NCBI RefSeq assembly: GCF_963921235.1
Contig: NC_086097.1
Coordinates: forward strand, 25,980,001-26,044,000
DNA: 64,000 nucleotides
Reading direction: 5' to 3'
Source: Mobula hypostoma
Lineage: Eukaryota
The stretch's first letter is position 1; the number at the start of each line of letters is the position of its first letter. The notes beneath the pieces were generated by a model, which was given only the letters and a program-made list of their open reading frames with translations, made no database searches and was not told the origin of the DNA. Positions 12,761 through 24,349 of the stretch are shown in pieces. The position numbers and the translations under genes were made by a program.

Positions 12761-13849
12761 GTTTTGTTAAAGAGTACTGACCAGATTTCCAGCAGTGTCC
12801 ATCTGTACCTAGGATGGATAAGATTCAATGGGCTGAATGGCCTAATTCTGCTCCTATGCCCTGTGTAATATGGACTTGCAATCAGCTGCCATAACAGTAA
12901 CCTGTTGAAGGTTCAATATTGGCCAGGACATTGGAGAGAACATTAGCATAAGGTCACAGGAAAACCAAGCATATCACTCACATTGCAGCACCTCAGCCCC
13001 TCAGTTTCACAAGGTGACGCCAGTCTGGATTGGTGTGTTTAAATTCCAGGAGTGGGATTTGAATTCATAACCCTCCTCAGATGAAGTTGGGGGTGGGGGT
13101 GGGTGGATAAGAGATATGTTACTTACTGAGCCACAGCTTCCACCTTTCTGATTCAGAATCAGATTTAGGTTCAAATTGAAACATACAGTGAACACGTCAT
13201 TTGCCTTAGCAGCCAACAGAAACTAAGGATGTGCTGGGGGCAGCCCACAAATGTGGTGTAAACATAGCACGCCCAAGATGTTCACCAGAACAACACAGAA
13301 CACGTCAAACAGCAAAGCAACAACAGTGAAGCACAGCCCGTTCCTCCCACCCACCCAAGGCCTACACGGTTCAGGCTGTCTTCTTCGGCCTCCATCGGAC
13401 TCATGGATTTGCAGACACTGTGCCCTAAATTCCCCGGTGGACTCGCAGAGATCTGCAGACTCAGCCATTGGGCCTTCACTTCTGATTAACCCTTGAGCTC
13501 TGATCTGATCCTCTGATTGACATTCAAGGTCCAATCTCTTTCTAAACCTCCTCCATCTCCCCAAATTTGTCCACTTTCCATCCCAGTCCAGCATCCCCCA
13601 TTTTTGCTCCCCCTCACAGGTCCACCCACTCACCGCACACTCATTTCACCCACAAGCTCTCCTCTAACCCTCCCATTTCCCCCTGTCGGGTTCTGGCTCC
13701 ATCTGCCTTACACCTCTCCCCCACTGGTTCCTGTTCTCACTTCCTTTACTCAGCAGGGTCTAGCACTGGGAGCCTTTGTGTTTCTGCACATCTCCCACCC
13801 ACCCTGCTTCATCTGCCTTCACCTGTCATCCACTTGCAATGTCTCAGAG

Positions 13850-15355
13850 GATCAGAGGTGACTCGATAGAGCTGTACAAGATGATAAGAGAGTGCAGTCA
13901 AATAATTTTTCCCAAACCATAAATGGTTAATATTGGGGGGGGGGGGTATAATTTTAAGGTGATTGGAGGAAAGTAAAATGGGAATGTCAGAGGTAAGTTT
14001 TTTATACAGATAGTGGAATGCACTACCAGGAGTGATGGTAGAGTCTGATACGTTAAAGATATTTAAGAGATTCTTGGGTAGGTACATGTATGAAAGAAAA
14101 ATGGAGGGTTATGTGGGAGGGAAGGGTTAAATTGATCTTAGAGTACGTTTAAAGATCCACACAATATTGTGGGCCAAAGGATCTTTACTGTTTTATGCTT
14201 GTTATATGCTTCTCTCTCCCAACTCCAGCACCCTTCCCTACCTGACTCCATCTGACAATTGTCCTTGGTCTACTTGTATTCTGAGCTGTGTCCTGTGGTC
14301 CTGGACTCTCCCACTATTGGGAACATCCTCTCCACGTCCACTCTATCTAGGTATTTCAATATTCGGTAGGTCATTCTTCTAAACTCTAGCGAGTACAGGC
14401 CCAGAACCATCAAACGCTCCTCATACAATAACCCTTTCATTCCCGGGATCATTCTCGTATACATCCTCCAGACTCTCTCAATTGCCAGCACATCCAAGCT
14501 TGGGGATGTAGTGGATAGTGAGTAAGGTGATCAAAGCTTGCAACGGGATTTGGACCTGCTGGAAAAATGGCTGATGAAATTTAATTCAGACAAATGTGAG
14601 GTGTGCACTTTGGGAGGACAAACCAGGGTAGCAATTACACATGAATGGTAGGATACAGACCATTGTGGTAGGTCAAAGGGATCTGGGGATATAGATCCAT
14701 AATTCCTGAACGAGGCATCATAGGTAGATTTTGTCATAAAGAAAGCTTTTGGCATATTGGCCTTCATAAATCAAAGTACTGAGTACAGGAGTTGGGATGT
14801 TATATTGAAGTTGTATAAGATGTTGGTGAGGCCAAATTTGGAGTATTGTATGTAGTTCTGGAAAGATGTCATAAGATTGAAAGAGTACAGGGAAAAGTTA
14901 CAAGGATGTTGCTGGGACTTGAGGTCCTGAGTTATAAGGAAAAGTTAAGCAACTTATGGCTTTATTCCCTGGAGTATAGGAGAATGGAGATTTGATAGAG
15001 GTGTACAAAATTATGAGGGGTATAGGTAGGGTTAATGCAGACAAGTTTTTTTTCACTGTGGTTGGGTAAGATTAGAATTAGGAGTCATAGGTTAAGAGTA
15101 AAGGTGAAATATTTAAAGGGAATCTGAGGGGGAAATTCTTTTCTCGGAGGGTGGTGCAAGTGTGGAACAAGCTGCCAGCAGAAGTGGTGGATGTAGGTTC
15201 CATTTCAACATTTTAGAGTAATTTAGTTAAGTGCATGAATGGGGTGGGTGTGGAGAGCTATGGTCCAGATGCAGGTCGATGGGACTAGGCAAGATAACAG
15301 TTCAGTATGGACTAGATGGGCCAAAGGGACTGTATCTGTGCTGTAGCACTCTGCC
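13850..15355. mobile_element. Cluster of CR1 fragments (13850-14210 +, 14270-14495 -, 14495-15355 +)
   Basis: YEERLMVLGLYSLEFRR (ORF 14270..14497), remnants of MKFN..KCEV and LVRPNLEYC, and CR1 tails. Confidence 0.8.
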
Positions 15356-15844
15356 CTTGTGAGCAATTGTTACAATGCCAGGACTTTTGAGATATTGTTC
15401 TGGTTTCCCCTTGATCAAACAACAGCTAAGATGAAAGCACACGAAGCATGTTGTGGGTCTGGCTCATGAAAGTCTCTCGAAGCCTGGAATAGCAACGTGC
15501 ACACAGCTGCCATTTTCGGTTGGTGTCTATTATGAGTCATTCATGAACAGTCAACAAGCAGATGGCAATTAGTGTTTGTGGGAGAGTGTGTTGGTAAACT
15601 AGACACAGCTCCCAAAATGACACACAAACCTTGGCAAGAAGATACGCAAGTCCCTGCAAAGTTGTACCATCAGAGGCGTAAACCGTCACACCAATATCAG
15701 CCAGGGTTCAGGTTTGCTCAGGTTTGCTATGAAGCGTCGTGTAAGGTGAAGAGCAGGGAACAAGCCCTGGTTATGTGGACAAAACTCCTCCCTCCCCATT
15801 TCCACACAAAACAGCTGAATCAGTGACCACCTCGTCAACACAGG

Positions 15845-16290
15845 ATGTTCTGTAGATGCAGAACAACACACACAAAATGCTGGAGGGACTCAGAAAGTTA
15901 CTTCCTGTCAGCCACCTTATGTACAGACACTCCTGTACCTAGCATCACTTTATGGACACACAATCAATCAATGCATATAAGCTATCTTATGTATTGTTAT
16001 TTATTGTGCTCGTTAAACTATTATTATGTTCTTTATCCTAATTGTGTTTTATTTTATGCTGCATTGGACCTGAAGTAACAACTTTATTGTCTTCATTACA
16101 CTTATATACTGAAAATGGCATTAAACAATCTTGAATCTAGAAGTCTGGCAGCTTCTATGAAGGGAAATTAACCATCCAGGAGGGAAGTGATGAAGGGTCT
16201 TGACCTGAAACTTTGACTTTCTTTCCCGCCATAGATGCTGCTGACCTGCCAAGTTTCCTCCAACATCTTGTGTGTTGCTTTAAATATTCA
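15845..16290. mobile_element. Palindromic Penelope-terminus element interrupted by a Rex1-type tail (~15893-16140)
   Basis: Inverted arms acacacacaaaatgctggagg / cctccaacatcttgtgtgtt, with a degenerate hammerhead at ~16187-16218. Confidence 0.65.
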
Positions 16291-16659
16291 ATACTTGTGT
16301 CTATTCCAAAAGTCCAAGCACAAAAACCAGACACTCAAAATATAACACTTTTGTGAGGGTGGATTCCCTTAGTACAGAATGCCTGTGCGTGACTTTGTTT
16401 AATGTAGGGAGAGTGATGCACAGGCAGCCATCACTCAGACCCTAACAGATCAGGGTCAGGGTCCAGTGACATGGAATGTAAGATGACCGGGGACCCTTCA
16501 CTGCTACAACCTTCCTCCACCATCCCTGCCAATGTGATGTGTCATCATCTTCCGCCAGCTCCACCGCTGAGGACTTGTTTGGATCACTCTCAATCTGGAA
16601 CCTCGCCCTTGACCTTACTGTCATGGGTGGCCCAACCAGGAGCCAAGTTCCAGGACCTC

Positions 16660-16960
16660 AGGAACTCACAAGCCTTTCCACCACAACAAGGTGACAATGC
16701 TCAGAGAAGATCCTCAAGAGGGAGCTGCTCTACAAGAGAGCGACCTTCACTGTGCTGCAGAGAGCAAGATGCAGCTGCGAAAGGAGAGACTGAACAACCA
16801 GAAGACCCGACCATTAACCACAGCCACCACTTACTCTCGCCTACACTACACCAGAGCACGTGGATCCTGGATCAGCTTCAACAGCAATCTGAGGACCCAC
16901 CAAAAGACCACCCTTAGGAGAACATCATACTCGACTGGAGTGACTGCATGGTTCTCTGAA
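16660..16960 (+). mobile_element. RTE-clade LINE 3' fragment
   Basis: ORF 16691..16987 ends in a degenerate RTE-type C-terminal zinc finger (TYSRLHYTRARGSWISFNSNLRTHQ). Confidence 0.55.
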
Positions 16961-17888
16961 TATACAACCAATGAGAATGTTAAGTGAATCAGATGAAGGT
17001 CTAATAATTTTGCCATTTGCCATGAAATTTGTTGTTTTGCAGCAGCAGTATATTCATGTTAGTTTAATTGTCATTCAACCATACAGGAATACCCATGAAC
17101 ACAGCCAAATGAAATAGAGTTACTCTGGGGAGAAGGTGCAAAACACTACCAAAAGTCATACACAGCACAAGGTACATAGAGAACACATATAAGATAGTCG
17201 TAAACATACAGTCAAACAAATAAAATAGATATAGCCCAAGTCCCTGAGTGACATGTCCTGTAAATTGATGGTGTGTGGGTGTTGTCAGCAGGAAAAAGCC
17301 AGTCTGCAGACGATTGTACACACGCACGCATGCAATGCGGTTCGTCTTCCATTGAGCGAACAGTGGAGGGGCCAGCCCCCCCACCCAGCATGGATGCTGT
17401 GCCACACCACCACCAGCGTCTCCCCTCCTGGACTGCAGCAACAGGCAACCACGTGGCATGGTGCAGAGTCCTTGCTACAACCGAGCTACTACCACGCGGC
17501 TCCCCGCTGTTCGTCTTGCTGATAAACCAGCGAACCAGACTTGCAGTATTTTACATCACCGATTTCCAACAGGGTCTTGTGATCACAGAGAAAAGTGTCC
17601 AAGACAATTGCATGCTGTTAGACTGCACACTGTTTTCACACTCTGATTCTAATGCCTTTCTGTAGCAGGCAGTAACATTGTCCACACCAAGTCCAGTTCC
17701 TCTAACTCCTCTGCCAAAGAGCAACTTACTGACTAGGTAGACCTGAAGTACTTGAAGTTCTTAATGTCCATCATTGCCTCCCAAGGTAAAAGGATGTTTA
17801 AAAAAGACCCAAACACTTTTGTTTGGCTCCAGAGAGGCCGCAATATATAATAATAAAGAATACATAAATTACAATAACGAGGGTATAA

Positions 17889-18560
17889 CAGTGGATTCTG
17901 ATGAATTGAGTCATCGGTTAATCAGGGCAGCCACCTATCTGGGACAACTCTTAAAGAACAAAAACTAAATTGTGAAAATGGCCAGGATTGCCCTTGCTTA
18001 TTTGGGACAATATGCCATTTAATGGGGACAGGAGACTGATGCTAAAGAGCTTGTAACTAGCATCTGTCATGTGCACTTGTGTGTTATTAAGCCACTACAC
18101 CATGCTGAGATTGATCAGTTTTTAAATAGCGTCAGTTATGTATGTTTGTGTTCAAAAAGCAGTGATTTTTGTTACTGAGAGTTGGCAAGAAATAAGCAGT
18201 AAGACAATTCAGAACTGTTTTGCTTACTACATTTTCAACTATTCAGGAATGGAGATGTCAGAAATGGCTGGGAGTGAAAATGAAATGATTTCACTACTTC
18301 AACAAATTTGAAATTATGAAGGCATGTTGCAATGAAAATGAAGGTTTGGAGGATGCATTGTATAAAAGGGGTCCATTATCTGCACTAGGTGTCTGCACTG
18401 ATTTTGTTCACTTACATTTAACCAAGAGAATACAGCAGATGAATTAAGAACCAACGCACAGTTTTATAACACTGTAGAGCTATCGCCAGTGTTCTATTTT
18501 GTTCTGTATTTCATTTAAATACATAAATTGTTACTCAGTTAAAAAGTAGTTTGTCTTTTT
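17889..18560 (+). mobile_element. Tigger/pogo-like DNA transposon relic
   Basis: cagtggattctg..aattg TIR-like start and repeated tttgggaca subterminal motifs. Right TIR not found. Confidence 0.45.
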
Positions 18561-19567
18561 TACCATATATATATAATTCATTGTGTATTAATTAGATTAA
18601 CAGAAATTAGTGCAAAAAGAGAGGAAATGTTGAGTTTGTGTCTTTAGGCTCCTGTACCACCTCAATGATGGTAGCACTGAGAAGAGGGCACATCCTGGGT
18701 GATGGGGATTCTTAATGATGAATGCCACCTTTTTGAGGCATCGCCTTTTTGATGCTGGGGAGGCTAGTGCCCATGATGGAGTTGGTTGAGCTTATAACTT
18801 TCTACAGCATTTTCCAATCATGTGCAGTGGCCCCTCCATACCAGACAGTGATGCAACCAGTTAGAACACTCTCCATGGTACATCTGTAGAAATTTGAGAG
18901 TCTTTGGTGACATACCAAGTCTCCTCAAACTCCTAATGAAAGCTAGCTGCTGTCGTGCCTTCTTTGTAATTAGATCAATATGTTGGGCCTAAGAGAATTC
19001 TTCAGAGATGCTGACACCCAGGAATTTGAAACTGCTCATCCTTTCCACTGCTGATCCCTCAATCAAGACTGGTGTGTGATTCCTTGATTTCCCCTTCCTG
19101 AAGTCCACAATTAATTCCTTGGTCTTACTGACATTGAGTGCAAGGTTGTTGTTGCGACACCACTTAACCAGCTGATCTATCTCGCTCCTGTATGCCTCCT
19201 CATCAGCATCTGAGATTCTGTCAATGATAGTTGTGTCATCAGCAAGTTTATAGACGGCATTTGAGCTGTGCCTAGCTGCACAGTCAAGGGAGTAGAGAGC
19301 AAAGGGCAGTGGCTAAACACACACCCTTGAAGTATGCCAGTGCTAGTTGTCTGTGAGGAAGAGATGTTATTTCTGACTTGCACAGACTGTGGTCTCTTGG
19401 TGAGGAAGTCAAGGATCCAGTGCAGAGGGTGCTACAAAAGCCCAGGTTTTGGAGCTTGTTGATTAGAATTGAGGGCATGATTGTGTCAAACACTGAGCTG
19501 TAGAGAATAAGCGGCACCCCGATGAAAGGTATTACTATTATCCAAGTGATCAAAGGCCAAGTGGAGT

Positions 19568-20375
19568 AAATGTTCCCTCTAATTTGTCACAACCAGTGTG
19601 CCAAAAATCTTGTGTTGTGCAATTTTTTGCCCAGTGATAACAACATGTGTGTGCTGTATTTTATATATAGAGGTATTTTTTTATTTTAATAGCTAGCAAA
19701 ACACTGTTAATAAGAACTTTGATCTCCTCTGGGTTTGATTGTCTTCACTCTGGTTCATCTGCACTCTCACAAAGCATATGTAGCAGGCCTGTAGCAGATG
19801 ATGAAGGATTTTCTTGCCAGAGTTTTTGCATACCAACCACATGTGATTTGCTTGCTAAATGACACTTTAAAAAGTCAAGTTTCCAAACATCACTCCACTT
19901 CTTTCCACTTGCAAATTCTCCAGCAACGTTTACATTGCAACAGTACACACAGGTAACACCAGTTTCTGTATTATACATAAATATTTCTCGTAGCTGCACG
20001 TTCCTGACCTCACGAGCTTTCGGTGTAAGTTTTTACTGTTTCATTAAGCCTTTCCACTTTAAATGAACTAGCAGTTGTTTTGCGCTTCACATCCCCTGCT
20101 TCTTTGGAATTTGACATAGTGAATAAATAATTTCTTCAGTAAAAGCAGTACAAACAAGCCAGTTCTAAAATTTGCAGACAAATCAAACTCCATTTTGTGA
20201 ACACTGTCCACATCAGAAAATGGAAAAGGAAATGTGATTGTGTACAAATGTGAAATATACTTAACATGCCAACGAGGTAGAGGGTGACAACATTTTGTGC
20301 AGTTTAAATTCCTTTATGCACAAGTAGCAAAAGATATGTGTGTGTGCACACGCGCTTACCTTAGAGAGAACACTG
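19568..20375 (-). mobile_element. Internally deleted hAT element with N-terminal zinc-finger remnant
   Basis: TIRs tgttccctctaa / ttagagagaacactg and imperfect TSD gtggag(ta/ag). ORF 19745..19999 has CVYC..FASG...WKLDFLKCHLASKSH, a ZNF862/TTF-type-like zinc finger. Confidence 0.7.
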
Positions 20376-21744
20376 GTGGAGAGCCAATGAGGTTGCATCT
20401 GCAGTAGACCCATTGTAGCAATAGGGAAATTGCAGCAGGTTCAAGTCCTTACCTCAGCAGGAGTTGATTCTGTCCATGAGTAACCTCCCAAAACACTTCA
20501 TCACCTTCCTCCATTTGGCAGAACTGGTCCGTCACCCTCAAAAACTTTTACTTTGGCCCCTCCTATTTTCTCTAGATTTGAGGTAGTCATGGGCAGCTGC
20601 ATGGGCCCCAGCTATGCCTGCCTTTTCATTGACTACATAGAACAGTCAATGGTCTAAGCCTTCACTTGTAATGCTCCCTAGCTCTTCCTCCGCTACACTG
20701 GAGACTCAGTTGGTGCTGCTTCATGCACCCATACTGAGCTCATTGCCCCCAACTTCCACCCTGTCCTTATGTTCACTTGGTCCATTTCAGACACCTCCCT
20801 TTCCCTTTCTCAATCTCAAACTGTCAACTGACGTATTTTATAAGCCTACCGATTTCCATGGTTATCTGAACTATATCTCTTTCCACTCTGTCTCGTGTAA
20901 AAATGCTATTCCTTTTTCTCAGTTCTGTCATCTCCACCACATCTGTTTCCAGGATGGGGCTTTCCTTCTAAGGACATCTTCAAAGAATGGGGTTTCCCTT
21001 CCTCTACCATTGATGCTGCCCTCACCTGCATCTCCTCCATTTCCTGGACATCTGCGCTCACCCATGTTCCAGCCACCTTAACAAGGATAGAGTCCCTCTT
21101 GTCCTTACCTACCCCATGAGCCTCTGCATCCAACACATCATTCTCTGCAGCTTCCGCCATCTCCAAACGGATCCTACCACCACACATATCTTTACCGCCC
21201 TCCCTCTCTTGCTTTCCACAGGGATAGCTCTCTCCATGGTTTCTTTGTCCATTCATCCCTCCCCACTGATCTTGCTCCTAGCTCTTGTCCCTGTCAACTG
21301 TCTAAGTGCTACACCTGCCCATTCACCTCCTCCATCACCTTCATTAAGGGCCCCAAACGGTCCTTCCAGGTGAGGCAACAATTCACCTGCAAATCTGTGG
21401 GGATCATCTACTGTGTCTGGTATTCCCAATGCAGCTTTCTTCACGTTGGTGAGACTCATCATAAACTGGGGGACAGCTTCATCAAGCACCTCCACTCCAT
21501 TTGGCAAAAGCAGAACTTCCTGGTAGCCAAACATTTTAATTCCGATTCCCATTCCTGTTCCACATGGCCATGGCCTCCTCAGGGTGGAGAAGAAACACTT
21601 TATATTCCATCTGGATACCCTCCAATCTGATGGCATGAATATCAATTTCTCCTTCCAGCAAAAAAAAAATCCCTCCCCCTCCCCTCTTTTTCTATTCCCC
21701 ACTCTAGCCTCTTACCTATTCTCACCTGTCTATCACCTCACCCT

Positions 21745-22411
21745 GGAGGAGGAGAAGATGGCGGCACAACACAGCACGCGCAGCCTCTCCAGTGAAATGA
21801 TATCGTATTTGTTAAATAGGGGCAGTGCACAATCCTGATTTGATGGAGACAGACATGAGAAGCACAGAGGAACATCTGGAGAAACTTCTGAAATGCCCAG
21901 TTTGCTGCCGCTGCTACTGTTCGATGGAGAATCTCCAGAGGGGAAGGTCCCAAATCCTTGGCTTTGCCTGTTGCTGGCGGCCGGGGCTGGGGTCGAAGCA
22001 CTCGGCAGAGATGATGCTTGATGCTCGGTGTCGGAGGGCTGGTCGGAGACTCGAAGTTTTCAGACAGACTCAGAGTTGGACAGTGGTCGAGTGCTTCCAG
22101 GATGCTGCATCAGCAAGTTTGCGGCGCTGGAAGCTCATGGCAGGGAGAGTTTTCTTCCTCCTACCGTCTATGTGAGATGTTGGGACTTTTGAGAAACTTT
22201 GAGACTTTTTTTTACCGTGCCCATGGTCTGTTCTTTATCAAATTACGGTATTGCTATATGTTATAATTATGTGGTTTTTGTCAGTTTTTTCAGTCTTGGT
22301 CTGTCTTTGTTTCTGTGATATCACACTGGAGGAACATTGTATCATTTCCTAATGCATGCATTACTAAATGACAATAAAAGAGGACTGTGTGTCCTCAAAA
22401 CCTAATCTAAT
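21745..22411 (+). mobile_element. Non-autonomous retroposon with (aatct)n tail nested in the Penelope element
   Basis: CpG-rich head aagatggcggc, no coherent ORF, tail aatctaatc. Its 3' end is repeated at 5581-5702. Confidence 0.7.
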
Positions 22412-22574
22412 CCCTCGTCCTTCCCTTTCTCCTATTGTCCACTCTCCTCTCCTATCAGATTCCTCCCCTCCAGCCCTGTACGTTGCCCACCCACCTGGCT
22501 ACACCTATCACGTTCGAGCTATCCTCCTTCCCCTCCCTCCACTTTCCTATTCTGGCATCTTCCCCCTTCCTTTC

Positions 22575-22612
22575 CAGTCCTGAAGAAGAGTCTTGGCCTG
22601 AAACATCGACTG
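22575..22612 (+). ncRNA. Minimal hammerhead motif in the Penelope terminal repeat (helix II weakened)
   Basis: CAGTC CTGAAGA A GAGT CTTG GCCT GAAA CA TC GACTG. Confidence 0.65.
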
Positions 22613-22810
22613 TTTATTCACTTCCATAGATGCTGCCTGACCTGCCGAGTTCCTCCAGCATTTTGTGTGTGTTACTTCATCACAGTAGATGTGAGTGCAA
22701 GTGGGTGATAGTCGTTGAGGCAGCTCACTCTGCTTTTATTGGGCACTGGCAATTGTCGCCCTTTTGAAACAGGTGTGAACCTCTGAATGCAGCAGTGAGA
22801 GATTGAAGAT

Positions 22811-24310
22811 GTTCAAAGTTCATATTCAATTTATTATCGAAGTACATATACAATCCTAAGATTCATTTTCTTGAGGGCATACTAAATAAATCTATAGAAT
22901 AATAACTATAACAGAATCAATGAAAGACCACACCAACTTGGGGGTTTAACCAGTGTGCAGAAGACAACAATCTGTGTAAATACAAAGAGAAATAAATAAT
23001 AATAATAAATAAATAAACAATAAATATTGAGAACATGAAACGAAGAGTCCTTAAAAGAGATCCCATTAGTTGTGGGAACATTTCAATAATGGGGCAAGTG
23101 AGAGCGAGTTATCCCCTTTGATTCAAGAGCCTGATGGCTGAGGGGTAGTAACTGTTCCTGAACCTGGTGGCGTGAGTCCTGAGGTTCATACACCTAGCTT
23201 CTGATGGCGGTAGCAAGAAGAGAGCATGTCCGGTGTGGTGGGAGTCCCTGATGATGGATGCTGCTTTCCTGTGACAGCGTTTCATGTAGATGTACTCAAT
23301 GGTGGGGCTGTGACGTGGCCATTCAGTATATTCTCCACTACACCTCTATAGAAGTTTGTCAAAGTTTTAGATGTCATGCCAAATCTCCACAAACTCCTAA
23401 GGAAGTAGAGGTGCTGTTGTCCTTTTTTGTAATTGCATTTACATGCTGGGTGCAGGACAGGTCCTCTTAAATAACACCGAGGAACTTAAAGCTGCTGACT
23501 CTGTCCACATCCGATCCTCCAATGAGGACTGGCTCATAGACATCTCGTTTCCTTCTCCTGAAGTCAACAACCAGCTCCTCAGTCTTGTTGACATGCTGTA
23601 AAAGGTTGTTGTTGTGGCACCACTCAGCCAGATTTTCAATCTCCCTCCTATATGCTGATTCATCATCACCTTTGAATTGGCCTGCGACAGTGGTATCATC
23701 AGCAAATTTGAATATGGCATTGGAGCTGTGCCTAGCCACACAGTCTCAAGTGCTTAGCAGGGGGTAAGCACACAGTCTTGTGGCTCACCTTTGCTGATCG
23801 AGATTGTGGAGGAGATGTTGTTACTAATCCAAACTGACTGAGGTCTGTAAATAAGGAAATCAAGAATTCAAATGAACAAGGAGGTATTGAAGCCAAGATC
23901 TTGGAGCTTATTGATTAGTTTGAGGGGATGATGGTATTGAATGCTGAGCTGTAGTTGATAAACAGCATCCTGATGTGTGTATCTTTGCTGTCCAGATGTT
24001 CCAGGGTTGAGTGAAGAGCCAATGAAATGGCAAATGCTGTTGACCTGTTGTGATGGTAGGCAAGTTGGAACAGATGCAAATCAATTCTCAGGCAGGAGTT
24101 GATACGTTTCATCACCAACCTCTCAAAGCACTCCACTGTTAATGTAGGTGCTACTGGATGATAGTGATTGAGACAGGTTATCACATCCCACTTAGGCACT
24201 GGTATAATTGAAGCATGCTTGAAGCAGGTGGGTACTCAGACTGCCAGAGCAAAGTTAAAGATATCGGTGAACACTACAGCCAGTTGATCAGCATAAGTCT
24301 TTAGTGCTCG
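22811..24310 (-). mobile_element. Rex1/Babar LINE (RT to 3' tail)
   Basis: ORF 23915..24199 (CLNHYHPVA..CFERLVM, YSSAFNTIIP) and ORF 23467..23739 (NAIFKFADDTT). Confidence 0.9.
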
Positions 24311-24349
24311 ACTACAGGAGCACCTGCTTGCAAGTGGTTCTCTTGGGGA

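Larger units (their letters stand above)
20505..22673 (+). mobile_element. 5'-truncated Penelope-like element (RT + GIY-YIG remnants + terminal repeat)
   Basis: RT: MGSCMGPSYACLF and LSTDVFYKPTD..YLNY..H...CKNAIPFSQF. GIY-YIG: FTCKSVGIIYC...HVGET (ORF 21370..21630). Perfect TSD acttcatcac at 20495-20504 / 22674-22683. Confidence 0.92.
18560..22810 (-). mobile_element. Rex1/Babar LINE, host of three nested insertions
   Basis: The RT reads across the insertions: VPNKSRVSCLNDYHPLALTSTV|MKCFGRL, YSSVFDTIMPSILINKL, GILQGCV, KLADDTT. Confidence 0.85.
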
